DNA of 64,000 nucleotides from Chrysomallon squamiferum (lineage: Eukaryota > Animalia > Mollusca), in assembly GCA_012295275.1 (NCBI GenBank), contig CM022671.1, positions 25,420,001 to 25,484,000 of the forward strand, in the 5' to 3' direction. The notes under the pieces were generated by a model. The model searched no databases. It saw nothing but the letters and a program-made list of their open reading frames with translations, and had not been told where the DNA came from. Below, one piece after another: positions 13,908 through 44,356 of this stretch. The position numbers were made by a program, and so were the translations under genes. Position 1 is the stretch's first letter. Every line of letters starts with the position of its first letter.

Positions 13908-15985
13908 GTTAGTAAATTATCATTATCGTCATCAGTATTATTTTAAATTAATATCCTAAAAACATCTTTGTTCATGTTTGTATTCAGAAATAAAAGTCAG
14001 GAAATAACGTAATGCCAGACTTATTTCATTTTAAGAAATCTCAAAACTTATATTAATAAATATGTTTTATGTGTATGTGCATTTTATATGTAGAAGGCAT
14101 GTATGTACGTGTGTATGTCCCACGCAAAGCCAACTACTTGTATCCCCATAAAAAGAAGAAAAAAAGTAACACAAAACCAGAAACTGCTAAAATACATACC
14201 GTAAGATCCCAACTGTATCAATATTAATGACACAAAACGTTAACATGGCAGAGGACCTATTACCTCACGCTTTGCTGCAAATGGCCTGTCTCTTAAAAAC
14301 ATAAGACATTACGCGGTTTTCACTGCATAATAAAGTGATTCCTTTATGAGTGTGTGATGGAAATTACAGATAAACAAAACAATTTTTGGTCTGAGCAATA
14401 AGTTTTAGATAAGCAAAATCAAAATTTTTAATAACAAAACAGTGATACTTAAATGTCAGTAAAGTAATAATAATAAAATAAAACAATAACAAAATAAAAT
14501 AAAACAGCAAAAAAATAAAATAAAATAAAAAAATAAATAAAAATAAAAACACAACAACATCAAAACAAAACGCCAACAAGAAACAAAAATACACAAGAGG
14601 TTTATTTTCAAACATTTTACTCCCCTTCAACAGAATGACAAAAAAACAAAAAAAAAACAAAAAAAAATAACAACAACAAAAAATAACAAACCATTTAGTG
14701 GACTCCTTAGCTAAGTACTCTTCAGTTTAAACAGTTTGTTGCGAAGGACGAATCTGAAGAGTATTTGTTTATATTAATATATCTTAACACTGAAGACTCA
14801 GACTTCAAAACCGCCACAGGAGGTAGACATACGTGGTATATGTTACAAATGGATCTTAACAACGTTTAACGAACCACTCATCTTTGTAAACCTCGACTGA
14901 CGTGTTACACTTGTACCGCTCCAATTATACTGACAAAATGGTTCGTCACAAATGAGAGATATACAATATTAATACAATAACTAAATTTATGGCCAGTGAT
15001 TTGTTTTTTTTTTTTAAATTTAATTTAGATGTGCATGTTTTAATACAGTTAAATGTTGTTTTTGAACTGTGTGGTTGGTTGTTAACTGTTTGTGTTTTAA
15101 TATAATTATATATTCAGTTGTTTCTCTGTTTTGGACTGAGTTGTTACTGTTTGTATTTGTGTTGCTTGTGTGCGTTTGTGCCGTATCTGTGTTTAAGCTA
15201 TAATTCTATTTTGTGTTTCTATGCATGTGTAAACAAATTAGTATTACATGTATTTGTTTCTTCGAAAAGGTCAATCAGTTTTTGTGCATGTCTATGTGTG
15301 CGTGTGTGCATGCGTGCGGAAAAGCAAATCTATTTTTTATTTTATTTTTTATTTTTTTTTTTTAGTAATATTCATCGAATTAAATTACTGATATACCTCA
15401 AAATTCATTCGCTGTCGTTTTATTATTTATTATAATTCTTTTGTTTCAAAAAGAATTCAGTCTTACATGACATCTTGACAAAACATATGTGACAAAATTA
15501 ATAACGCTTATAAAACGCTTAGAAATGCTAATGGCGCTTCAAAATAAGAAATTCGTTGACCCAGTCCGAACGACCAATACAAAGAGTCATTAAAGTTAAT
15601 TTTCTGTCAGATTTAAAATATATGTCTGTGCCATGGTCCTTTTACGTTCTATATATAGACATATGACGATATATATTTACGTCATAAATAGAGCAGCGAC
15701 CCTTCGTTATCAGTTATCTCCTAGTTACCATGTGAAACATAAATTAATCATAGTATAAGCTGTTTATATTTAATGCTTGAAACTTTTATTTATCTTTTAA
15801 GTACGACAATATTGCGTATTTGATTACAGCTATAAATTATCAGTATTTACTAAGACCCCTTGGGTAATGTACACATCAATAAAATCATATTTCGTAGTGA
15901 TAGTTTGCTGTGTGTTTTATTTTGTAGGATTTCTGTTGTTCTATCTCTCTTACATAAATGCGCAAATCAATGTGTGTTTTTTAAA

Positions 15986-16030
<45 letters not shown>

Positions 16031-16116
16031 TTTTTGTGTGTGTGTGGGGGCTTTGGTGTGTCTGAGTGTGTCTGTATGTGGGTTTTTCTTTTGTACCTAC
16101 CTACATATCTACCTGT

Positions 16117-16162
<46 letters not shown>

Positions 16163-16168
16163 TTAAAT

Positions 16169-17521
16169 ATGTATTGGCTGGCGAAATATTTCGTACCAAC
16201 TAGAGATAGGTAAGTACTAGTATATGCATATATTCATCTGTCATCGGGCACTTTTGATTTCTCTAACTTACGTAATAGTTAATTGACACTACTTTTGAAT
16301 GATGCATTAAAATTGTTGCTGCTGCCGTTACTGTTGCTGTTGTTGTCGCTATTGCTCTTGTTGTTATTTTTGTTGTTGTTATTATTTATGTACACTTACC
16401 AAGTAACACGACAGTACGTACCACTGTAATTTAACTCGAGCGTGAATGCTGTACTGAAAATTATACGAGTATGGAGCAACTTCGGGATTTCAGAAACTTG
16501 TGTGTGCCATTGGTGTGATAAATCTAACTGTAAAGACAGCATAGATTTTGTTTGCAAGAAATAAAAGTAAAAAATCGCTGACTGACAAAAAAATAGCGAA
16601 GACCCAAAAGATATAGTCCCTTATATTTAGGACATACGCACTAAAATGCTCTCTATTATATTATTTATTTATTTTTATTATATTTTTATTATTATTATTT
16701 TTCTCCTTTTTTTTCTTCCTTTTTTTATTTTTATTTTTATTTTTATTTATTATTTTTTTCTTACTTTATTTTTTATTTCAATTATTTTCTTTCTTCCTTA
16801 CTGAATCATTATTAATTACCTAGCCTTTGGTGTGTACCATTCGCCTTTGTAACCTGTTTTTCATTCATGTATAACAATACTTGTATCGTGTCGTTACCTC
16901 GTAACAGGTGCATGTAGTTATATAATGATAACAATAGATCACACAGACCACAGATCTTTTCTGAGTTATTAGTGTAGCACCCGATCGTCACAACAGCTTG
17001 ACAAACAACTTGTAAATTAGCTAGCGGTAATAATATTAGAGTTACCGTACTTCCCGTAATAGATGACGTGCTGAACGTGGCAGTTAAATTTTAATTTAAT
17101 TTAATTTAATTTAATTTAATTTAATTTAATTTAATTTAATTTAATTTTATTTTATTTTATTTTATTAATTAATTTATTATTTTATTTATTTAGTTAGTTA
17201 TTTCAATTTTATTTAATTATTTATTTATTTTATTATATTTATTTATTTTATTTTATTTTTTCTTCTGATAGAATTTTATTTTTTATTATTATTATTTTTT
17301 TTAAATTTAATTATCTTTCATTTTTCCCTCAATGACTTTTATTTTTTTATTTTTTTTATCATTTTTATTTTATTTTATTCATTATTACTTTTATATTTAT
17401 TAATTATTATTGTCACTTTTGTTTGTTTATTTATTTAATTAATTGAAGGAAATGGGGGAGCGTACTTTTTTGTTTCTTTTGTTACATTTTATTTCAGTAA
17501 CTTGGCTAATGTAAGTGGTTG

Positions 17522-17554
<33 letters not shown>

Positions 17555-17667
17555 TTTATTTATTTATTTATTTATTTATTAAAACTAGTAGATGCAATCA
17601 CAGTGGTGGAATTTAATAAATATTTAAATATTTTCTTTAAATTACGAAACTGTTAAATATCCAATTA

Positions 17668-17713
<46 letters not shown>

Positions 17714-20146
17714 GTCATTTAAATAAAAAGATAAATATGTAAGATGAATGTAAAGTGTTGTTATTATAAATTAATGAACTAATTAAATATTAAATTAATA
17801 GTAATACAATGACGTCATGTGCTATTTTTGATCTGTGACGTCAATAAGCTATACAGGAATCACATGCAAGCCGTTATTAGGTTGTATAATAGAATCTTTA
17901 TTATCATTACTATTACTTATATATTCCTTCTACTTTTCCATAAGAGATAGTACACATTACCAGTCGAAAACTGTAGGGTGCGGGTCATAAATACGTATCA
18001 ATACGGTTTAGTAAGTGGCCAAATCCAGGCCTACTGAAGTGAGGTAGCACGGTAACACCACGTTTTGGAGGGGAATACCTAATCATAAACTAGGTTCCTA
18101 TTTTCATTAACACTTTAGAATCATGGAAATTCCGTATGCTCCATAGATTAAAGGATATCGCAAGCACTAACCGCAACGAACCTTTCCATATGTGAACAAT
18201 ACAAGGTGCCACAAACTTAGATACGTGGGAGTGATTTCTATACACGATTTCAATCAGATATACTTATACATACGATTCATATCGCTCATTTCGTGGATCA
18301 CAAAACCCATACGAGACAGCTTGAACTATTCTATAGACGATAAGCTCAGCTAACAGACAACCAATGTCAACTGTAGTATTCCGTTCATTTGAGTGTTCGG
18401 TTATAAGGTAGACTATGAAAAGCTGATGTCCTTGTGTTAAGAAAGTGACGGTGCATGGTTCTCGGCGTCGCTAAAACTCTTGTTATATTAGACTGTGATT
18501 TACTCAACATTTCTTGTAAGTACTTGATTAAACTCCAGACGGTTACGAGTGCTGTAAGGTCGCTTGACGGCTTATTGAAATTCATTCGTGATCTGTTACT
18601 TAATTGTTACACAAAACAATAACATTGTTGGATATTCGTTCATGAACTAGTTCAGCAACGATTCTTATTAAGAAGCTAAAAGAAAGTGTTCGACATAAAC
18701 AAAATGTTTATTATTTGTTCGCGAAGATTCATCTTCGTCCACTGTTATACTACAACTGACAAATACACTGTGTGAAGTATTCCAGATATTGTTTCAGATA
18801 TGTAGACATAGTTTCGCACTGACACTAGATTAGTTACCTTTCAGAATTAACAGCCAAGCACAGTTTTCTCTCATCTGAAAAATAGATACTGGTATATATT
18901 TACAAATTCAGATATTTATTATATGTGTTTGTATTTCCACCATCTGAATATTTAGCCATTGTTTTTAATTTATATTTAAAAACTAATTTATTATATTGTT
19001 AATAATAATTCTTCACTGGACAGGTTATTATATATATATTTTTAAGTTAATTAATTTAATTTAATTTTTATTTAATTTTTTGAAAATATATAATAAAATT
19101 GAAAAAAAAGAAGAAAATAACATATAGAATACATTTTACATATCTCTTCTATCGAAACCGACAAAGTTATTTTATTCACTTTTCGACGTTTATATCAACA
19201 CTCGTTTTCAAGTGAAAACAGCCATTAATTACCCTTACAAATGTGGCCAGTGACACAAAATGACAAACACAAAAACAAGAAATATTTTGAAGTATACAGG
19301 CTCTAAGATAAACTGCTGTAAAGGTGTATGTCATTCTTTATATGTGTTCATATTACAACATGTACAGACAAGGGTTCAGAGTTTAGTGCAATTAAAGTTC
19401 GTTTGTCTTACACCGTTATATTAAGACAGTTAGCTTAGTGACTAAACTGCAGTCACATTAATCTGCATTAACAGTCGAGTTATTCGACAAATTTCGCGTG
19501 TCAATGAAACCAGAACATTTTTGTACTACGTAGGACAATGTTGCAAGATCAGCCGTGGATTGCGGATGGTTACCACTCCAGCATACTCTCGCTGAACGCC
19601 GAATCCATTAACTCGTACTCGGAGGACATTTTTAAACTGAGTGATAACGAATCGTCAGACTCGTTTGCCCCATTAGTTATTCAGTCAGCGTTTGTGAACA
19701 AAAACAGCCGTGCAAGAAGTGCAGGCCCTAGGTTGTATCATGACATCAGCGCCGAGTTCATTAGATCGGGAAACGCAAGAAGGCCAAGAAGCGCCTATAA
19801 CGTAATAGGCGCACGTCAGTTTCCGGCCCGCTCCATCAGAAGCTCCAGTAGCAACCGAAGCAGACGTCGCAGTGCAAGCTCTGGAAGAAGTCCTTCCACA
19901 ACAACAGAAAGCACGTGCACAAATCCCTGGTGTCGACCTGAATTTCACCCCGACCCCTCGGTAAAGTGTCATTATCTAGACAGACATGCCCGATGTTTCA
20001 ACCTGGACCACATGCACAGTGAACTGCTTTTTAGCAAGGCTTCTCCCGCTTGCATGACTCGTGGATGCAACCTCAGCGATTCCGAAATCATCAGGGTGTA
20101 TAAAAACGAAGGATGGGACGCAGAAACCGATTCCTATTCTGCTCCG
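16169..20146 (+). CDS. Exon pair V2 (16169-16209 + 19534-20146; 218 aa, Ser/Arg-rich with a Cys/His cluster); candidate alternative N-terminus
   Basis: ATG 16169 MYWLAKYFVPTRD ends at a perfect phase-2 donor AG|GTAAGT (16209); acceptor TACGTAG|G at 19533/19534 is phase 2 and opens into the 19538 ORF (MLQDQPWIADG...); phase-0 donor CCG|GTAGGT at 20146. The large exon is well supported, the small upstream exon less so. Confidence 0.65.
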
Positions 20147-21373
20147 GTAGGTCAATCACAAACAAGCAAATTCAAAACACATTCGCACACGCACGCACGC
20201 ACGCACGCGCACACACACACAAAAACTATTTGAACGCTCACATACAGCTATAACTTACCTTATAAAAACTAACAAATAAATAAACAAAAATACTTTCTAT
20301 AGATAACAGATATTTAAAAAATATATATATATTTTTATAGCATATATTTATGTATAAGTGTCTGTGTGCAGTGCCGTGTCAATGTTTTCTGGGGGCCACT
20401 TATATAGGTGTATATACAGACCTTTACAATGATGTACATAATATATTGTATAACCAAAGCAAATGTGGGATGAGATGGCTATGTGCGCGTGCAATCGTGC
20501 GTGTCTTTATATGACGTACATCATTTAGCGTACATCAGTATGTGTTTTCTATTTACATGGATGTACATATTGTATGTTTATGTGTATGCCTCCATTTATG
20601 TATGCTGCAGGTTTATTTATATGTGCGTGTATATGTGGGTGTGTGTGTCTGAGTGTGTGTATGTGAGCTTCGGTTACAAATATGACTTTTTTATTGTGGC
20701 TGCAAATACTAAGGCTAGAAAGGTGGTTGCATGGCAAAAAGGAAGGTTGAACAATTTAACAAGTTCCATAGACTTCGTTATTCAAAAACAAATAAATGAA
20801 AATAGGAAAGGAAAGAAAGAAAAAAGGGTGAAATGTTTTATCAAATCTAAATTTATATTCAACGTCTATCCTAAGGGAACTTTACATGCATATATAAAAT
20901 TGCTAATTATTTGTGATTAAAAATGTCATGGGTTCTCCTATAAAATTACCATTTTGACGTCTTTACATTTACTTTCCAATTATACGTGTTGATTACTTCC
21001 CTTTATCGTAATTATTGATGACGTAGATCACAGATGGATCTTTTATTATTTGTTGATAACATTTTGTTAGTGCTGTGATGTTGTTTCTGATTTTTTTCCT
21101 TATCTCGTTTCTTTATTTTCCTTCCATTTCTTTCTTTTCCTTGTTCTTATTTTTTCTCCTGCATTTGTTTGTTTGTGTTCGTCTTTATTTCTTCACGCCG
21201 ACGCAATTGGATCGGTTTGATTCGAAGAGTTGAGGACAATCAGTAATGCATTTTCACACTTCATGCGTTTTTGTCTTGGATAAAAAATGCATAAGAAGAA
21301 CTTTGGAAGTCGTATTTCCTTAAGGAATATATCACTGTAAATTCAAAACACATGGTTTGTGTACACTTCCTGA

Positions 21374-38019
<16,646 letters not shown>

Positions 38020-38118
38020 TCTTTGAAATCTTTACCTCTGGCTGATGTAGAAAAGAACCAAAATATGTATAATAATTATAATCCTTATGCTATCCTAAAT
38101 ATTTATTTATTTATTTAT

Positions 38119-38180
<62 letters not shown>

Positions 38181-38301
38181 TGTTCAAATTAGCTACATAA
38201 TGAAATGTTATTTTAAAATCAGCAAAACAAAATAATACGTTGGGTTTTTTTTGGAACTCGGGTCTACCTTCTTTAAAAGAGATTTAAGAAATGTTCGTAA
38301 A

Positions 38302-38338
<37 letters not shown>

Positions 38339-39241
38339 ACAAACGGATTGTTTTCAATGCCCCGCAGCTGAGCATATTAGCAAAGCTTTTGATACGGATA
38401 AGCAGCACAAAATAATTATTTATTTACACACACAGAATAAGCTTTTATTTTCAATACGAAATAAGTATTTATTTATTTACGCGAGTAAACAAACTAAGCC
38501 ACCGAATGAACGAACACCCAGCTGGAATGTCAACCTGATATTACATCACCGCTTTATGGGAAGTTTTTTTCTAGCGTTTTAAGCGTGATTTTAGTCGCCT
38601 GTTATTTCGTGTCGGCGAACGAGGCTGCGTGGGGAAAGTGAAACTGTTGTTTTGTATTGCGTTACGCTTGTTCCCTGGTATTGCTGCAGTGGTTCCAGTT
38701 GTTAACATTGTGAACAACAGTCGATTTTACGATATGGCCAGTGGAACGGAATGCAGTCTTTGAACAATTGTCATAATTCCATTATAATTACAGGAATGTT
38801 ATATATATATAGATATACTTTAAAAAAAAAAAAAAAAGTTTTTAAAAATGCTCCCATTTTGCATAATTAGAGATGATGGAAATGAAAGTATATTATATTT
38901 AAAATACTAATGAGGAAATACAATGTGACAAAAACCTATGTTATCTGAGCAGTAATAAACAATAAAAAAAAAATTAAAATAAATAAAAAAACGAGGTGAT
39001 GTAATTCTAAATAAAACAGAATATTTTTCCCTACGCATTTCTTCAGCAACACATTTCTAAAATTGAAAGAGGATGGTTTTTTACAATTAATATATTATTC
39101 TTTAAAAAAAAAAAAACATAAATAAATAAAAACAACAAAACGGTCTCATTTATTTTATATATAAACAATCCAGAGCAAATCCAATATTACATTTTACATA
39201 AACTTGTGATTTAAATAATTCTTGTGGTACTGAAAATAGTT

Positions 39242-39272
<31 letters not shown>

Positions 39273-40071
39273 TTCATTCATTCATTTTTCCTAAAAATAT
39301 ATTCTAATATATTTTATTTTACGTATAATGCAGAAAGAGACAATGCATTTCTGTTTTTCAATATTTTGTAAAATATTTAACGAATTATTTGGAGTTTTTG
39401 AATTTTAATATTTTTATACCATTTTGCAAGTAACTCTTTTTTTCTTTAAAAAAAAAAAAAAATATTACCACTTTTTAAAATAAAAGCAATTTACACAGTA
39501 TAAATTTAAATTCTATAACATGTATACCAATATCTTTTATTTCTCATTTAGTTTTTTCTTTTAATATGCTTTGCGGTTCTTTACACTGCATAAAGCAATT
39601 CGTTTTAAAAAAATGTGTTTATAATATGCCTTTTGTTTTTAACTGTCTGTCACAGGTCGATTTTCCATTAAGCTTGTAACCAATGTGTACTTAATATTTG
39701 TTAATTTATTAAGAATCAAATTGTTGTCGTTGGTCTTTATGTTAAAAATATATAATATTATCACCAACACACGTATATCTGTGTATGATGTATATTTATT
39801 TGATGGTGTATAAGTATATGTTTAGATATATGTATGTGTGTGTGTTTGTGTGTGTGTGTGTGTATGTGTGTGTGTGTGTGTGTGTAAGTATGTATGAATG
39901 TAGTATATATTTATTCTTCAGATATACATGTATAGTGCGTAAAAGATATATAAATCTATGTAGGGTAATTATATACCATAATGTTAATAATAACAACAAG
40001 AACAATATTATTATTATTATTATTATTAATATTATTATTATTATAAAAATAGTAATAACAACAACAACAAC

Positions 40072-40120
<49 letters not shown>

Positions 40121-40769
40121 TAATAGCTCTGCGTTACGAATAATTATTATTTGCTTATTTATTTATTTATTTTAAATAATGAAACAGGATCTAGTTTATT
40201 CTCATTCTTTCAGCATATATTTTTCTTAGCTAAGACAACAAAATTGAGTAGTCCTGGAAAAATGTTTACACAAACATTCTGAAAAGATTCGATTAGGTTT
40301 TTTACGTGTTCAATGAAAACAGACTAAGAAATTTTGTCAGAATTCTGGTTAATTTAGTTTTGTTTGATCTTTCGTTTTACATTATTAACTCAGTTTTTGT
40401 TTTCGTTGATATTTTTCGTTTATTTTTGTTTTGTTCAAATTTCAGGGAGGATTTTTTTTATTTTATTTTTTTTTTATTTTTTTTTATTTTTTTTTTTCAT
40501 TTGTTTGTTATTATTTGTGTTCATATAAGATTGAAATGATACAAAAACAAAAATTGAATCTGAAAAAAAAAAAAAAAAAGAAGAAATGATACAAACAAAA
40601 ATAATCTATTATATGCAGCAAAACGTAAAATTTTCAAATAACAAAACTGGATAGGCTGGGAAATGATTAAAATCATTCCCGATAAATATATGGGATGAAC
40701 GCAACAAAAAGAACAAATATATGCAAATAAGTATTTAAAATGGGACTTCATGCTAATGTAGTAATAACA

Positions 40770-40958
40770 GAAAATAACACTGGATACTCTTTACAAATTC
40801 TAATATTATATTAGTTAAACTACATTACAGGTTTGCTATATGGTATATTAATTGCTGGATGGAAAGGAAATAACACTGGATACTCTTTACAAATTCTAAT
40901 ATTATATTAGTTTTTTACAGGTTTGCATATATGGTATATTAATTGTTAAATGGAAAGG
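40770..40958. repeat. Direct duplication of about 95 bp
   Basis: AAATAACACTGGATACTCTTTACAAATTCTAATATTATATTAGTT...TTACAGGTTTGC..ATGGTATATTAATTG occurs twice in tandem. Confidence 0.9.
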
Positions 40959-41019
40959 TTACTAGTTGTATTGATGGCGTGTTTTGTAGTGCATGTATGT
41001 GTGTTCAAATGGTTTAAAA

Positions 41020-41480
41020 ATAAGGTTATATTTGTTATATTCTTTGCTTTGTTACGTGGTATGTGAATGACTGGAAGATACGGTTATATTTGTTATATTC
41101 GTTGATTTGTTACATGGTATGTAAATAACTCGAAGATACGGTTATATTTGTTACATTCGTAGATTTGTTACGTGGTATGTGAACGACTGGAAGATACGGT
41201 TATATTTGTTACATTCGTAGATTTGTTACGTGGTATGTGAATGACTGGACGATACGGTTATATTTGTTACATTCGTTGCTTTGTTACGTGATATGTAAAC
41301 GACTGGAACATCAGGTTATATTTGTTACTCGTTACATTGTGTGTAAGAGGTTGCAAAATAAGGTTATGCATATTGATTCACCATGTGGTGTGTAAGTGAC
41401 CGCAAGATAAGGTTATATCTGTTACACATTTTCATTAGTTTCACGATGTATACATGGTAGGAAAGTAAAGATATATTCGT
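41020..41480. repeat. 58-bp tandem repeat between the two paralogs
   Basis: GGTTATATTTGTTA recurs at 41024, 41082, 41140, 41198, 41256 and 41314 (period 58), then decays. Confidence 0.95.
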
Positions 41481-42083
41481 TATCTATATTGATTCATTGT
41501 TTGGATGAAAAACATTATATTTCTTGTATTGGTGTATGTGTGAATGGTTTGAATAAATATATTATTTCAAGCACCGGTCATGCCTTATATAGTTATTAGT
41601 TTACAACAATGTGTTTTCACGATTGCCTTTAAATAATGTATTCTATTCCGTCCTCATTATACTGCATTCAGTACTGTATACACTGTATCTTGTAGTTTTG
41701 TTCAGCTCTTAAAGTGGAACTGAGTAAAAAAAAAAAAATAAAAATAATAATAATAATTCACGACAAACCACGAAATTTACTTCTTCTTTTTCTTCTTTAT
41801 ATTTGTTCTCATTTTTATTAGAATGTATTATACATTTGTAAAAAAAAAATAATAATAATACCATTAATAATTAAAAAATTAAATAAATAAAATTCACCCA
41901 GTCTCCAAAAAAAAAAAAATAATAATAATAATTTAAAAAAAATAATAATAAAATTCACAAAGCAAACCATAATTAAAATAAAATATTTTGTGCATTTTTA
42001 TTTCTTCTCAGTTTTGAAAGACCAGACCAAAATCAAAATGTGAAAATGTTTAAGAGATGAAACGTCAGTGGTATAAAGATTTC

Positions 42084-42129
<46 letters not shown>

Positions 42130-42324
42130 TGTTGTTTTGTTGGGTTTTTTAGCTTGCAAAGCACAATTGTTTGTGATTTCAGTCTTTGTAGATGCTCTTG
42201 TTATTTCATTTATAATATGTTTTAATAATTTATGTCAATAAATATTTCTTTTATAAACAAAATGTGTATTGTTTTGTATGCTTAACGACCTGAAGTTGTC
42301 TTTATTCTGTGAAAGTATAATGTC

Positions 42325-42810
42325 TGGAGAGAGGAACGCCATTGTCGCCATTTCCTATTAACAGCAAAGGATCTGTAACGTCACCCAGTCCCCACGTGTC
42401 ATCCGGGTGACAAATCTGGCTAAAGTGTACACTTCCTGCACGCATTTCCTCATCACCTGTATCTTCACATACACTTCCCTTGTTTCCAAGATACTTCTGT
42501 TACATTACATAGCTTTTCCGACCAGAATTACTTACAAATATATAAGACACAAATACGCAAACACAAGATCTATAGGACTGATCTTAAAAGTGGAGTTTAA
42601 TTTGAAAGTGCGGGGTTATGTGTAGTTTACCAGAAATTTTTTATAATCCTCACATTACATAAAGGGGCGGGCTAACAAAAATGCTGGGACGGGCTCATGT
42701 TTATATGGGAGTGCACGCATGCACGCACAGGTTACTGGCAAGGGATAGGATGGGATATAGATCCACAAAGAAAATTCGACCCTACCCGACGCACTGTAAC
42801 TGCAGCTAGT
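42325..42810 (-). mobile_element. Degraded SINE remnant, apparently split by a ~360-bp insertion
   Basis: GAGAGAGGAACGCC...CCTATTAACAGCAAAGGATCT (42327-42375) and ...GATCCACAAAGAAAATTCGACCCTACCCGAC (to ~42790) resemble two parts of the antisense strand of the SINE family seen at 5182-5405; recognition from memory only. Confidence 0.4.
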
Positions 42811-43703
42811 CAAATATTATACATGGATTATACATTATTTAAAAACAAAAAAAACAAACAAATAAAAAAAACCCCATTATTATTATTATTATTCAAAATT
42901 ATTATTATTATTATTATTCAAAAATGTTGAAAATAAGTTAATTCAGAATTGTGTCACCATGTTTGAACATTGCATTCAAAACTCCTTCCAACTGTCCTGG
43001 TTATTAGAATGGTACTCTCTCCTGACTTCTTGTCGATGTCAAAATTCCAACTCGTATCATAGGGAAATTATCCATGATGTATGATACATTATGTCCACAG
43101 ACATAACATGAAGTTCAATGTCCGTAATTCATGAATTTCATTTACCTTTTCCTGGAAGGAGTTCATTATCAATACACCAGCAATATTCTGTATTGGTTGT
43201 GTTTCTATCATGACAAAAGGGGACTCCTCTGCAGGTTTCCACTTCATTATTTATCAACACTGCACGTCCCTTTTTATCTTTTATATCAGATGAATAACAC
43301 ATTATCTTTTTCTTTCAGAAGTTTCCACAAATTTAATTATTTAATTTGGGGGAGACTGAATAACTGAATAAAAGTCGAAGTATGGGTAAAATGTCATTTG
43401 TCTTGATCTTAACAGAACTAAAGATACTGAAGAACCAATCATTACTGATTTATCCTACTGTATCCTCTTTTTCCTGACGTCCCAGTTTTTATTTTTATTT
43501 ACTTTATTTTTTTTATTTTCTGCAAATTAGAAGCTTTGCAAATAAATGTTTAACTCTTTGCATAATGAAGTAATTAAGTTTAATTGTTTTTTCCTTGAGG
43601 CCTCGAGTCATGGAACTGCCCATACAGAGTTACCAGCTCGTGTTTGACGTTTTGTGACGTCAGATTAACAATAAAAGTATTTGTTCTTTAAAATAAAAAC
43701 ACG

Positions 43704-44322
43704 ATGTCTTCGGTAAGTATAATTAATAATTTAATATGAAAATGAAATTTGATCCTCGCTTTTAAAAGAAATGTAGCCAGACTTATTAGTTTAGATGTGT
43801 ATAACAGTGAGGAGGAAAAATTGGCTTATTTGTTAAGCCAGGAGTCGTCAACCCTTGGCCGGCTGACGACATCCGGGCCGCGAGAGATTTTAGCCCGGCC
43901 CGGCAACTGAGAACTCGTACACCAGTTATTACATCGGTTTTTTTTTTGGTTTTCTTTAAACATAGAATCTCGGCAAACAAGATTACCCAGAATAGCATCG
44001 AATTAAAGTTTTCTGATGTAATGTTTAGAGGAAATATAGTGTCGTACAAAGATAAGACATTTTGTTTAGTTTGTTTTATAACACTGCGAATACGTTTGGT
44101 ATATATATAGGCAATTCATGGCTGCGGAAAATGGGGTGACCGCCACTGCACTAATAATTTAAGTCTTCAGATTGCCGTCCAAAGAATTTTACAATTTACA
44201 GAATTGTATTTGTTCTGCATAATATTCCGGATCCAAATCGGTTTTGTCATTACAGATTATTATTATTAGATTTGTATATAGATCTACATACATGCTTATT
44301 ATACCTATATGATATTCATGCC

Positions 44323-44356
<34 letters not shown>

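Noticed and set aside
17876-18056. let-7-like fragments (TAGGTTGTATA near 17878; TGAGGTAG near 18040)
   Set aside because: Short, separated, in the wrong order, and no precursor hairpin is visible.
17940-18850. Complex CpG-containing stretch that might be a transposon remnant or hidden exon
   Set aside because: No recognisable transposase or RT motif, termini, or frame-compatible exon found by eye.
19685-19972. 95-aa - strand ORF
   Set aside because: Antisense to the GC-richer V2 coding exon; no independent support.
41020-41480. Regular repeat that could be mistaken for a CRISPR array
   Set aside because: Whole 58-bp units repeat with no unique spacers; eukaryotic context and no cas genes.
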